From the IMG/VR virus record IMGVR_UViG_3300018405_000011: a stretch of 64,000 nucleotides of DNA. One strand, written 5' to 3'. Shown one piece after another: positions 20,445-30,542 of this stretch (positions within the stretch are counted from its first letter, which is position 1; each line of letters begins with the position of its first letter). The notes under the pieces are model-generated. The model saw nothing but the letters and a program-made list of their open reading frames with translations. It was not told where the DNA came from and did not search any database. This DNA is from a virus. Taxonomy: Duplodnaviria > Caudoviricetes. The position numbers and the translations under genes were made by a program.

Positions 20445-22565
20445 ATGGCTAAATTTAACAAAGATAAGGCGGTATCGCCATGGGCAGCGCTAGCGACTGC
20501 CGTTGATACTGCACTTGCAACAAACCAATTCGCAATGGGCGGCCAAACGGTGCAAACCATGGTTAGCTTTGAAAGCATTGATGCCGAAAGCCCTAAAGCT
20601 CTTGAGCTAGAAGGCACAGAGAAAAGTGTTTTAGCGCACCTATCTCAAATCGGCTTCGATAAGCAGCTAATGAAACACATCGGTGTTGAAAGCGTAGACC
20701 ACCCATGTGTAGCAGCAGGTATGGACGCAGCAGCGATGACCATTCTTGCACAACAAGACCCAGCAGGCTACATGGCGGCGGTGACTAACGTTAAGAAAGC
20801 ACCTGAAGGCGTAACGGTATTCCGTGAACCTGGTGCAGTAGACGTGTCTCTAGAAGGCTACGACGATTTCAAATTTGAAGGTTTCGTAGGTACTGCGGTA
20901 GTCGCTAACGCACTAGCAGCAGCATCTAGCCCATTCTCTGAATTGTTCTTCCGTACTGTAGTACTAGCGCCTTCACAATCAGGCGTTGACGTAACTATCA
21001 CTAACCCACTTGTGTACACACGTCAACCACGTAACGCAAATGGCTCAGCATACGATCTAGTAAAACAATCTGCAGTGCGCGCTCTGATTGATGCATCTAT
21101 CCTAGCGGGTCATGCAACTAAGATTCTACCGATTGCAACTACAGCTAAAGCTGGCATCCTAGTATCTGCTTCAGACGTGGCTAACCGTGATGCGGTTATC
21201 GCAGGTAAAACTGTTCAAGTTCGTCCTTTGGTTTATGGTAAAGACATCGACCTAATCGCAGCTTCTACAACTGAAGAGTTGCTAGTGGCTGGTGCACAAG
21301 ACGAAACTGATACACTAGACCCAGCAGTGTCTCTAGGTACACATTACCTAAAACTGACCAATGCCCTAGACTCTGCAGTTGTTGCAGTTAACCTAGATGG
21401 TATGGCAGGTGCACTGTTCGCGTTGACTCAAGAAGGTGGTACTAAAGACCAACTTGTGTACTTCAAAGGCAAAGTGGTTCTAACTTCTGACATGCTAACT
21501 GTAGCAGGTGCTTCACTAGAGTCTGCATTGAATCTAGCAACTGTTATCGGCGGCACAGCGTCTGATTCATGGCGCGTAGAAGTGGACCTAGACATTTCTG
21601 GTACACTAGCATACGTACGTGGCAACATCCGCGTTAACTTTAACGGTGCGGCGGTTGCTGCAGGTTACCTAAACGGTGTAGCACTAACTGCTTCTCCACA
21701 AGCAGCATTGGTTTCAGCACTAGCAGTTGCAGGTATCGGTTACGAGCCAACAGCAACTCGTTCTAACAGCAACATGCGTGACCTAGGCACTATCATTGAC
21801 GTGAACGATTCAATCAATGGCCGTATCCCTGCACGTATGCAGTCTCCACTGTCTGTTATTGCACCGAACTCAGTTCAAGGTGGCACAGCAACAATGGAAG
21901 CTGTGAACATGATTCGTCGTGTTCGTGCATCTAACCAAGCAATCGATAAATTGATGGCATTTGAGAAACAGCTTCTTACTTCAACAGGTATTGAAGGTGC
22001 ATCTCCATCAATCGGTGCTATGGCTGGCGTGAAACCTACGCTAATCACGCGTACTCTAAATGTGAACACTAAAGTAGTACAGTTTGGTTCTAACCAATCA
22101 ATGCTAGACCTACAAGGTGCTATCGCAGCAGCAGTAAACACAACGACTAACCAGCTACTTCTAGATTCTGGCTACCTAGCTTCAATCGAAATGTTCACTG
22201 GCTCTCAGTCTAACTTCGAAGTGATTGTCGGTACTGACCCACAAATCGAGTCGTTGCTAATGACTAGTGGTGACAACCGCGTTCTAGGTAATGGCCGTAA
22301 CTACAAAGTTGCATCAAGCCTAGACTCACGTCTACGTGGTAAGATTTACGTTTCTGTACGCCGTACAGACGTAGATGGCGCAAGTGCACACTGTTTCGGT
22401 GTTCACCCAATCATGCCTTCACTAATCCACAAAGCAACAGTATCACGCGGCGGCAGTTCTTCAACTGAAACTATCGTGATTCCACGTGAAGACTTCGCGG
22501 TAACATGTCCAGTGCTAGCAGTAATTAACGTAGTTGGCCTAGACAGCATCTTTACTGGTGCATAA
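20445..22565 (+). CDS. Major capsid protein precursor (phiKZ gp120-like)
   Basis: 706 aa, strong codon bias; VSLE/GYD site at aa 134-137; FSELFFRTVVL, ETDTLDP, VIVGTDP motifs; lies between DnaB and nvRNAP genes. Confidence 0.9.
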   Translation: MAKFNKDKAVSPWAALATAVDTALATNQFAMGGQTVQTMVSFESIDAESPKALELEGTEKSVLAHLSQIGFDKQLMKHIGVESVDHPCVAAGMDAAAMTILAQQDPAGYMAAVTNVKKAPEGVTVFREPGAVDVSLEGYDDFKFEGFVGTAVVANALAAASSPFSELFFRTVVLAPSQSGVDVTITNPLVYTRQPRNANGSAYDLVKQSAVRALIDASILAGHATKILPIATTAKAGILVSASDVANRDAVIAGKTVQVRPLVYGKDIDLIAASTTEELLVAGAQDETDTLDPAVSLGTHYLKLTNALDSAVVAVNLDGMAGALFALTQEGGTKDQLVYFKGKVVLTSDMLTVAGASLESALNLATVIGGTASDSWRVEVDLDISGTLAYVRGNIRVNFNGAAVAAGYLNGVALTASPQAALVSALAVAGIGYEPTATRSNSNMRDLGTIIDVNDSINGRIPARMQSPLSVIAPNSVQGGTATMEAVNMIRRVRASNQAIDKLMAFEKQLLTSTGIEGASPSIGAMAGVKPTLITRTLNVNTKVVQFGSNQSMLDLQGAIAAAVNTTTNQLLLDSGYLASIEMFTGSQSNFEVIVGTDPQIESLLMTSGDNRVLGNGRNYKVASSLDSRLRGKIYVSVRRTDVDGASAHCFGVHPIMPSLIHKATVSRGGSSSTETIVIPREDFAVTCPVLAVINVVGLDSIFTGA

Positions 22566-22602
22566 TCGAGTCCGTTCTCTTTAGAGAAAGCGTTACCGAG
22601 TT

Positions 22603-22642
22603 TCCTCCTACAGGGTAGTCCTGTAGGAGGATTTCTCTTTTT
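22603..22642 (+). terminator. Intrinsic terminator after the capsid gene
   Basis: 12 bp stem TCCTCCTACAGG / CCTGTAGGAGGA plus TTTCTCTTTTT. Confidence 0.85.
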
Positions 22643-22650
22643 ACTGTCAT

Positions 22651-22678
22651 TTTCTAGAAAAAGTAAAACCTATATTAC
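22651..22678 (+). promoter_or_regulatory. Early (virion RNAP) promoter
   Basis: TTTCTA-N8-AAAACCTATATTAC; TATATTAC is the phiKZ early promoter core. Confidence 0.8.
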
Positions 22679-22702
22679 GTTAATAGTAACGGATATCAAT
22701 GG

Positions 22703-22737
22703 CCTTCTTTAACCTTCGGGTTAAAGAAGGTTTTATT
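22703..22737 (+). terminator. cUUCGg hairpin plus T-run directly after the early promoter
   Basis: CCTTCTTTAACC-TTCG-GGTTAAAGAAGG-TTTTATT. Confidence 0.65.
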
Positions 22738-22814
22738 GCTATCTCTCCTCTTTTTTCGTGACTGTCTGACATGCCATTCCCCGCGGTAGACAGTGTCTTA
22801 TAGGAAATTACAAA

Positions 22815-24326
22815 ATGAAACACGATGAAATATCGCGCAAGGCCATTCCAGCGATTTTTGGAAGAACCGTGTCAGCAGTGCCTATTTTTGAATGGCCTGT
22901 AGGTGATTGGGCTGCCCCTATGGTAGGTGGCCGTCTAATCATTAATACAACTAACCGTCCGATTTATGTCTGTCAGACTGATGGTATTGTCATACGGATA
23001 GACCCGATGACAAAGTCTTATCGAGAAGGGCTGCTGTGTCAGCTCTATCACTCTCTAGGGATTACTAAAGCAGTACATGGCTATAGTACTACGGCAGTAT
23101 GGCGAGATGCCGTAGAATCCGCCCCTATTGAGCCTATTGCATCACCTAGACCTAAGAACCCGAAACACTTTAAACACATCTACGAAATCACTAGCGTAGA
23201 AAACCCAGTTGTGTCCTATTACGCGACACATCGCTGGGCACGCCATGGTCATGCTGAGAACTTACCGCGCTTTACCGATACTATCGATTGCCCGACGACT
23301 CATGGAGACGGATTACAGGAGAGGATAAACTTCGCGTATCTAAAAGAAGCGGCGGCAATAGATGCAGGTAACAGTTTAACCCGTGCTCTACGCCGTAGTG
23401 AGGAAGGTGTCTTTGTAGTAGACTTCATGCATACGCGTACATTACGCTATGGAGATGACTATGAAGGTGGCACATTAGACGGTACTATAGAAGTCCCTTC
23501 TTCTATCGATTCTACTCAGGCAGAGATTATGTCTGAACGCGTAGAAATCACAGGAGAAAGTCAAGGGGTGAGCAGCATGCAGCAAATCCTCAAGCAGTGT
23601 ACGCCCACTATGCTGTGGTCTTGCCATAACCCGAAGCTTATAGTCAATGCACGTCAAGGACATTATCTGCCTGAATATGGTCTTACTGTAGGGTTTACTT
23701 CAGACGTCTTAAATAAGGCTTTGTCATTTACCATGCCTGATACAGACGTCTACATGGGTAGAACCGGCATCCGCATAGTAATTCCTAAACGTGTCAGTCG
23801 TACAGGAGCACTCTATGCTCGCATCGGTAAGCACACGGTAGAAATTCACGATAGTGGTAGTTCTGCCAGTGAAAGCAATTACGCACGTGCCTATCTGTAT
23901 GATGTTCGAGGGGAAGAATATCTTGCAGGTGAAGCCTCTGTCGAGACTTTACTTAAAGATGGCATGTCAGTACGCGATAAAACCGGAGCCGTATGGGTAA
24001 TCCCATTCTTTACCAGTCTACATGAAGCCAATACGTATTTGGACATTGAAGACGAAGCGCGTGTGCAAGCACGCATGAACGAAGTAGAACGTGACCTAAA
24101 AGCCTCAGAGAAAGAGAATCAAGCTCTTAAGCAGGCTTTAGTGAAGTTTAAGAAAATGGAAGAGGAACAAGAAAAAGCAAAAACCAGAACCATTGCTAAC
24201 GTCATGTCCGCTTTCTTTACCAACCCAGTGGTACAGAAGACGATTATTGGCATTCTGCTAACCGTAGGCACAGCCCTTATTGCACACTTTACTAAGGGAG
24301 CGAATGGCCCAGTCGCTACGGCATAA
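22815..24326 (+). CDS. Hypothetical early protein with C-terminal coiled coil and hydrophobic anchor
   Basis: 503 aa; heptad-like ARMNEVERDLKASEKENQALKQAL followed by TIIGILLTVGTALIAHF. Confidence 0.55.
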   Translation: MKHDEISRKAIPAIFGRTVSAVPIFEWPVGDWAAPMVGGRLIINTTNRPIYVCQTDGIVIRIDPMTKSYREGLLCQLYHSLGITKAVHGYSTTAVWRDAVESAPIEPIASPRPKNPKHFKHIYEITSVENPVVSYYATHRWARHGHAENLPRFTDTIDCPTTHGDGLQERINFAYLKEAAAIDAGNSLTRALRRSEEGVFVVDFMHTRTLRYGDDYEGGTLDGTIEVPSSIDSTQAEIMSERVEITGESQGVSSMQQILKQCTPTMLWSCHNPKLIVNARQGHYLPEYGLTVGFTSDVLNKALSFTMPDTDVYMGRTGIRIVIPKRVSRTGALYARIGKHTVEIHDSGSSASESNYARAYLYDVRGEEYLAGEASVETLLKDGMSVRDKTGAVWVIPFFTSLHEANTYLDIEDEARVQARMNEVERDLKASEKENQALKQALVKFKKMEEEQEKAKTRTIANVMSAFFTNPVVQKTIIGILLTVGTALIAHFTKGANGPVATA

Positions 24327-24394
24327 TGTCATAAATAATATTCGACAGTAATCGTTTAACCAAGGAACATCCAAACCCAGAACGGAGACGTATA

Positions 24395-25999
24395 ATGCAA
24401 CACGTGGACCCCGACTTATTAGCATTAATAGAAGCCACTACTCCTAAGTTTAATGAAAAGGTGATTCAGGGCTATGCACAAGGTGAGTCTGAACAATTCA
24501 TTCCGTATGTTGATGGACTGTTGTCGCTGTGGAGTAAATCCTTACTAGCGGCAGGAACAGGCATCTCATATGCCGGATGGCAACATGTGACTCCCTATGA
24601 ACGACTGCAAGAAGAAACGCGTCCTATGAGTAGTAAGCGAACCTACGAAATAGCCCGCAGCGACTATTCCATGATTCGCATCAACTTAACATTACATGGA
24701 CAGAGACTTAAGCCCCGTTATCTAAAGATTCCATTTTTTGGTAATGGTGGTACCTTTATGTTACGTGGCTCTAAGTATCAAGCAGTGCCTACATTAGTAG
24801 ACCATCTGTTTTCCATTGAAGACGGCAGTATATTCATGCCCGTTACTCGTGCACGTCCTACCTTCAACCGTGAAGCGTATTTCTATATTGCCGATGGGGC
24901 AATGGAGAGTGCCGATTATTACTGGGCTAAACTACACCACAGTCGACGTAATGAAGCACCTAAGTCACGACACCCTCAAATCATCAACTACATCTTTGCC
25001 CAGTATGGCCTTACAGAGACGTTTAAACGTTACTTTAACGCGGAAGTTCATTACGGAGATATTGACACTATCAATGATGTTGACTTTCCTGAAGACCAAT
25101 GGGTAATCTGCAGTTCTTCTGGTAACCGCCCACGCGGACGTATTACGGCAGGCCCTTATGAACCACCTACCTTACGTCTAGCTGTGGCACGTGATGCTTA
25201 TGATAACCGAGTATTGAAAAGCGCCATTGCATCGGTCTTTTACATTACCGACTTGTGCGCGCAACAGCCTTTCTTTGACTATAACGATTTCGACGACCCT
25301 TTCCTATGGCGACGTACACTGAGTCGCTTTATCTGGAAGAGTATCGATGAACGGGATGCTATTGCCCACGTTGATGAACATTTGGATTCTATCTCCGAAT
25401 ACATCGATGACTTCGTGGTACGTAAGCTACGTCATCAAAACATTGAAGTTCGTGAAATTAATGAACTGTTCTTCTTTATCATGGCAAACTTTTCTGACAT
25501 GACCATTAAGAACGACGTATCATCTACCCGTACAAAGAAACTCTCGGTGGTAGAAGAAGTGATGTTTCCAGTAAGGTCAATGATATTCAACCTAATGTTC
25601 TCGCTCATGCGCGTTCCTAAAGAACGTCTAAAGCCAGACAATGTGGATAGAATGTTAGACCGGGAATGGAAAGCATTAGTGATGATGTCTATTGCTTCCG
25701 GTAAACACCCGGAAATTCAGGTACTCGAAACTACGACTGACCAGAAAGCTTATAAAATCGGGCGTGTCGTGCATATCCCGTCTAAGAATGGCAGTAAGTC
25801 TAAGTCAGCAGAAATGTATGACCCAGCCTTTAAGCTAAACCCAGACATGATAGAGACCTGTAGCTGGCTATTCATTACGAAGTCTTCTCCATCCGGTAGA
25901 GGGAGTTTATCACCCTTTACGGAAATTGATGGGCAAGGCTGCTTTGTATTCCGCCCGGAATTCCAAAAGTATCACAAAAACCTACAAGACTTATCTTAA
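24395..25999 (+). CDS. Non-virion RNA polymerase beta-like subunit (phiKZ gp123-like)
   Basis: IPFF..GGTFMLRGSKY..VPTL and ITKSSPSGRG.LSPF segments; conserved position after the capsid gene. Confidence 0.8.
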   Translation: MQHVDPDLLALIEATTPKFNEKVIQGYAQGESEQFIPYVDGLLSLWSKSLLAAGTGISYAGWQHVTPYERLQEETRPMSSKRTYEIARSDYSMIRINLTLHGQRLKPRYLKIPFFGNGGTFMLRGSKYQAVPTLVDHLFSIEDGSIFMPVTRARPTFNREAYFYIADGAMESADYYWAKLHHSRRNEAPKSRHPQIINYIFAQYGLTETFKRYFNAEVHYGDIDTINDVDFPEDQWVICSSSGNRPRGRITAGPYEPPTLRLAVARDAYDNRVLKSAIASVFYITDLCAQQPFFDYNDFDDPFLWRRTLSRFIWKSIDERDAIAHVDEHLDSISEYIDDFVVRKLRHQNIEVREINELFFFIMANFSDMTIKNDVSSTRTKKLSVVEEVMFPVRSMIFNLMFSLMRVPKERLKPDNVDRMLDREWKALVMMSIASGKHPEIQVLETTTDQKAYKIGRVVHIPSKNGSKSKSAEMYDPAFKLNPDMIETCSWLFITKSSPSGRGSLSPFTEIDGQGCFVFRPEFQKYHKNLQDLS

Positions 26000-26005
26000 T
26001 CGGAG

Positions 26006-26031
26006 CTGGAGGGGTAATCCCTCCAGATTTT
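26006..26031 (+). terminator. Probable terminator
   Basis: CTGGAGGG-GTAAT-CCCTCCAG-ATTTT. Confidence 0.6.
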
Positions 26032-26035
26032 ACCT

Positions 26036-28663
26036 ATGGTTGAATTAAACAGCGCGGTCAAATACGGCCAAGCCATTAACAATGGGTATCCCGGCCCAAT
26101 GTTGCGCTTGACGCCAAATCGACATGCTGATAAAGAGTTACTGTGGTTTGCGATACAGGGCATTAATATGGCCAGAGACATGCTGTATGAAGTCTCATCG
26201 GTCTTATTAGAACCCTTTATTGAAATCTCCGCACCTGAACTGGACTCTCCCTTTATGGGTGAAGAAGGGGCTAACTTTGCTAAAGCACTGATTGAGACGG
26301 TGGCGTATGAGAACGCCATGTTAGGTGCAACTCCAGAAAATCCTTTACCTATATTACAACATGGAATAGGAATAGCTGGAGAAATCGTCATACGGTTACT
26401 AAGTGACATTCTTTGTCGTAAACCAAATGGTTTAAATGGCGTCAATAATCCAGAAAGCTATCAGGCAAAAGCAAGGCTAGCAGTCGAGCAGGCTGTTAAA
26501 GCTTCACAGTTCTTTACTTTGTCTAAAGAAAGGCGGAATCAAACCTATCAAGACTTCCATTCTAGGATAGCTGAAAGGCCCTCAGCTACGGTTCAGGGAA
26601 CGACGCAGGTACTTAGTAGCCTAAATCATGAACAGCCCTTACAGTCCATTACAGGGCGTTTAACGATACCGGAGGAAACAGTGGCGATTGATGACTATGA
26701 ACGCGGGTTATTTCCGGATGTAGTAACCACTCTTGCGGCGAACGACTCTGCTGTACTGCAAGCGGCAGATAACCATCATCGTGCTTCACGCATAGTCGAG
26801 AAAAAGAAAATACAAACAGGGGACGATAATGCGATAGTCCCTAAATTAAAACCCTTAACTTTAACAAACGGCATTATGGATTTACTGGCTAAATCCAAAC
26901 CCGAAGAAATTATAGATACGGCTGCTTTAGAAGAGCAAGCCATTTATGAAACAACAACACTTGATAACACCCACTCTATAGAAAAGGAAACTGATATGTA
27001 CCAAGGTAACCAAAATGCGATTCAAGTCATGGATGTCCTTTACAATCGCCCAATCCTAACCCAGAACAACCAGCCTCTGGTCATGAACGCTAACGAGGCC
27101 CCTAAGGTTCCCGTCACACATGCCATGAATGGTCAGAATATGCCGGAGTTCATGATTAATGGATTACCTGTATTGATGTTCAATGACAGCTACAATGGTC
27201 AGTCGTCATGGACGGAATGGACGCCACAGGTAGAAGCACAGTGGATTGATTACGGTATCCGTAATGGGTTCTTAAATAACCCAGCCCCACAGCCACAGGC
27301 TGCTCGACCAATGGGTTACCGTGAGCAACAAATGGCACAGGCTCGCCCTGCTGCTGGTCCTGTGTATCAACCTGTAGCCGCGACTCGTCCTACGGGCGCA
27401 TACCAGTCACTCAGTCAACATACAGAAGTTTCAACCGAGGTACCAGCCTCAGCCGCTATGCGTCAGTCTATTCCAGCACAGCAGCCGGCAACTGCGCCTG
27501 TCGCTAGACCTGCGGCACACAACATGGCATCGGCTATTACAACACAACCAGTGGTTGTGACCACCCCGTCACCGAGAGATGTGCTACCAGGCTCATACCC
27601 AGTAGAACTACATGACGGTACGGTCATTTACGCCGTGGATGCTGCGCAAGCCCCTTTCCGTGCAGTAGGCAATAAAGGGTTTCCTGTACAGCTAGGTAAA
27701 ATGGGTCAAGAACTCTGTGTCATTGTGGGCATGGATGAAGACTTTAATGTATATGAAGTATTAATCGATAAGGAGAAGTGGATGGACAGAGAAGACCACT
27801 TAGGTCAGTTTGAACGCGCAATTCGCCTAGAGTCTCACGAAGGGACAGTGGCAGAAATTGCGGTAGCAGAAGAAGAAGGTACACCAAAGAGCTTTTCTGT
27901 GGTACTCAATGACAGCATCGGTACTGCTGACGGCTATAAGTCAATGGCGGCAATGGAACTTGCTAGTGCCGAAAACGACACAGAGCTTAAACTGACTAAG
28001 TTTGAGATTACTCGTCCGATTCCAGCCATTGCTATCCCATACGGAGTATTAAAGCGCTTTGTTGACACGTTAGCTACGGTAGAAGAAACCAAAGACAGTG
28101 ATACGCCGCTCTATTACTCTACGGTATGCGTTGGGTTAATGGATGAGCTTAGAGAGCTAGGCAACACATCTATGTTTACATTCTTAGATGAAGTCATTAC
28201 TCATATCGCTCTAACGGCTATCCGTTACCGTGTTAGTGCACCAGCACCGACTGCAACTCTAACCTCTTTCTTTGAATCTAAAGACGACATCGTTTCGTGG
28301 GCTGTAGAGCGGGACATTAATGTTGAGCTCTTTAATATCCTAGAAGAAGAGTTACCAAAGTACTTCAGCTTCCTAAATGAAACTGAAGCCGAAGATGAAG
28401 AAGGGGCAATTGAAGGCGCTGTAACAGTACAGTGTTTACAGCCATGGGTAATGGCCGTAGACGAAGACGAAGTCGTTCCTCTAGGTCGCATTACTTATGG
28501 TAGCTTCCCATCACTGTATCGTGCGATAGACGGTGCGTTTGCTAAACTCACAGGTAATGACACTTCGTCAACGATTACCGTGGTTACACAGAAAGGAGAA
28601 ATCCTAGAAATGTTACGCGTGGGCGACCGCATCCCATGTTACTACTGTACTAGCAAGCTATAA
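26036..28663 (+). CDS. Large hypothetical protein with central Pro/Gln/Ala-rich linker
   Basis: 875 aa ORF; possible in-frame internal start at 26996. Confidence 0.55.
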   Translation: MVELNSAVKYGQAINNGYPGPMLRLTPNRHADKELLWFAIQGINMARDMLYEVSSVLLEPFIEISAPELDSPFMGEEGANFAKALIETVAYENAMLGATPENPLPILQHGIGIAGEIVIRLLSDILCRKPNGLNGVNNPESYQAKARLAVEQAVKASQFFTLSKERRNQTYQDFHSRIAERPSATVQGTTQVLSSLNHEQPLQSITGRLTIPEETVAIDDYERGLFPDVVTTLAANDSAVLQAADNHHRASRIVEKKKIQTGDDNAIVPKLKPLTLTNGIMDLLAKSKPEEIIDTAALEEQAIYETTTLDNTHSIEKETDMYQGNQNAIQVMDVLYNRPILTQNNQPLVMNANEAPKVPVTHAMNGQNMPEFMINGLPVLMFNDSYNGQSSWTEWTPQVEAQWIDYGIRNGFLNNPAPQPQAARPMGYREQQMAQARPAAGPVYQPVAATRPTGAYQSLSQHTEVSTEVPASAAMRQSIPAQQPATAPVARPAAHNMASAITTQPVVVTTPSPRDVLPGSYPVELHDGTVIYAVDAAQAPFRAVGNKGFPVQLGKMGQELCVIVGMDEDFNVYEVLIDKEKWMDREDHLGQFERAIRLESHEGTVAEIAVAEEEGTPKSFSVVLNDSIGTADGYKSMAAMELASAENDTELKLTKFEITRPIPAIAIPYGVLKRFVDTLATVEETKDSDTPLYYSTVCVGLMDELRELGNTSMFTFLDEVITHIALTAIRYRVSAPAPTATLTSFFESKDDIVSWAVERDINVELFNILEEELPKYFSFLNETEAEDEEGAIEGAVTVQCLQPWVMAVDEDEVVPLGRITYGSFPSLYRAIDGAFAKLTGNDTSSTITVVTQKGEILEMLRVGDRIPCYYCTSKL

Positions 28664-28676
28664 AACGTAAAGGTTC

Positions 28677-28708
28677 TCTCCTCTCCTGTCATTAGACAGG
28701 AGAGGAGA
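28677..28708. terminator. Bidirectional terminator
   Basis: 14 bp stem TCTCCTCTCCTGTC / GACAGGAGAGGAGA between convergent genes. Confidence 0.8.
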
Positions 28709-28715
28709 TATTACC

Positions 28716-29111
28716 TTATTTTTTCTTTTTCTTTGAATCCCAGTTGATGAGTTCATCAATGTCTTCTAAAGCCGCTTTCTTCAGTTTACGATTTAAGATA
28801 CCATTACTGATGTCATAGAACCCGCGGCCTATGATGAATATCAGCGTAAATACCCCAACCATGACTGAGATAATATGCGCCACGGATACCCCTTGATAAT
28901 AAAAGGCACCTTCGTGGATAGTCAGTTGACCTGCTGCTACTGCTTCTGGGAACATGCGGAATAGGAAGTTACTGGAAGATTCAATTGCATTACCGGCGGC
29001 TGCCGTAATCTCTTGAACTTTATCTGTTGTTTTTGCAACAGAGTCCGCTACCCCTAATCCTAAACCATAGGTTGCATAACTAAACGCTGCACGTCTTAGG
29101 TTTGTATCCAT
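28716..29111 (-). CDS. Small membrane protein
   Basis: Hydrophobic IISVMVGVFTLIFIIG segment and basic C-terminus KKKKK; overlaps the ruvC stop. Confidence 0.5.
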   Translation of the reverse strand: MDTNLRRAAFSYATYGLGLGVADSVAKTTDKVQEITAAAGNAIESSSNFLFRMFPEAVAAGQLTIHEGAFYYQGVSVAHIISVMVGVFTLIFIIGRGFYDISNGILNRKLKKAALEDIDELINWDSKKKKK

Positions 29112-29677
29112 AGATTCAATCTCTCGGCGTGATGTATGGCGACACAGACAGAGTCTATCGCGTGTTCGTCCAGTTTCTCCAAAGAAATACCGTTACCATA
29201 GGATACGTCCGTTCTTTTCGCTAAAGCTCGACGCATGTCTTCTTTATCTTTAGAGCCCCCTTTAACACCCATGGCCTTTTTTACAACCGATGGCTCATAG
29301 AGGTTAAAGGTTTGCGCTCGATCCCATTGATACGCCCCTGCTCTAAAGACCGTAACTTGTTCAGTTAAGGCTTTAAACGCCGCAGCGAAACGTCCCATGT
29401 AAGGCGCCTCACTGCATATAGTCGCCGGTGACCATTGAGTGAGATATTGAAAGTAACAATTGGCGTAGCCTAGGTTACGTAAGAAGCGTTCTTCGTGAAT
29501 ATCTTTAAGGTCCCCAAACTCACGTAACATGTCATTACCGCGTACGGTTACCGCATCAACCACGTGATAATGACGAGTTACTAAATCGACATCAATACAA
29601 GAAAACCCGGCAGTTTGAGTGCCGGGGTCAATCGATACAATTCTGAGTATGGGAGAGTCTGAAATGCTATAAAGCAT
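29096..29677 (-). CDS. ruvC: RuvC-like Holliday junction resolvase
   Basis: SIDPG, ICSEAP, P..VKKA and EHAIDS catalytic motifs. Confidence 0.85.
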   Translation of the reverse strand: MLYSISDSPILRIVSIDPGTQTAGFSCIDVDLVTRHYHVVDAVTVRGNDMLREFGDLKDIHEERFLRNLGYANCYFQYLTQWSPATICSEAPYMGRFAAAFKALTEQVTVFRAGAYQWDRAQTFNLYEPSVVKKAMGVKGGSKDKEDMRRALAKRTDVSYGNGISLEKLDEHAIDSVCVAIHHAERLNLWIQT

Positions 29678-29678
29678 C

Positions 29679-30521
29679 TTACGTTAGGTAAGGTAGAGAA
29701 GTACCAATGCGGAAATTCATGGTAACTCCATCTTGCTGTTGTAGCAATGGTATGTTGGTAGCAATATGCGTATGAATTTGAGCCGCTTTAGCTTCCGTAT
29801 AGGTTACCGATACACTACCTGCCGTAGATGTTACCGTATCGTCAATGCCTGAAACAATACCCAGCTCAGAAATCACAGCATAACGGGAATCACTGTAGAT
29901 AATGTTTGCCGCTTCAAGAATGTTGGCAATATCAGAAGCCGTGAGTTCAATTGGGAAGGGTGTAGTCACAGCAATATGCTGACCTGTAGCTTGGTTAACA
30001 ACGCCATTTACCATCGATACCGGAGTCGGTGACAACTGAGACGCCGTCGGTACATATTCTGTACGTGTGGTTTCACCCGCTTCAATCGTAATCATCTCTG
30101 CGGTTGCGTCTGCGCTGCCGGTACTAATCTTTAATAGATAGTAAGCAAAGTATTGTTGGCCATCGTAGGTTTCTAAACGACGGATGCGGTATTTTGCTCG
30201 CTCCGCTGCACTAAGGTCAGCATTTACTGGACGCAGTACAAACGGTAAGTGTTCAAACAAACGCGCATTGTTGATACGATGTTGAAGGATATCCGTTAAG
30301 GAATCCCCATTCCCGCCAATGACATTCTGGTGACCGCCACGACCGATGGCTAAGTACTGTACTTCGGGTTGTTCTCCAGCAGGTAACGCAGTGCCGTGTT
30401 CCACAGCAAAGTACTCATTGAGCGTACTGTATGCCATAGGTATGAATGTCGCCCCTGGACGACGCGACGCTTCTAGGGCAGCCGCAAAGATGGTTTTGAC
30501 GGCGGTATATGCTTGTGACAT
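29679..30521 (-). CDS. Virion structural protein (phiKZ gp127-like)
   Basis: YLAIGRGGH, LPFVLRP, YRIR and ISELGIVSG.D motifs of this family; synteny. Confidence 0.65.
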   Translation of the reverse strand: MSQAYTAVKTIFAAALEASRRPGATFIPMAYSTLNEYFAVEHGTALPAGEQPEVQYLAIGRGGHQNVIGGNGDSLTDILQHRINNARLFEHLPFVLRPVNADLSAAERAKYRIRRLETYDGQQYFAYYLLKISTGSADATAEMITIEAGETTRTEYVPTASQLSPTPVSMVNGVVNQATGQHIAVTTPFPIELTASDIANILEAANIIYSDSRYAVISELGIVSGIDDTVTSTAGSVSVTYTEAKAAQIHTHIATNIPLLQQQDGVTMNFRIGTSLPYLT

Positions 30522-30542
30522 GGTTATGTCCCTTTTTCGTTT

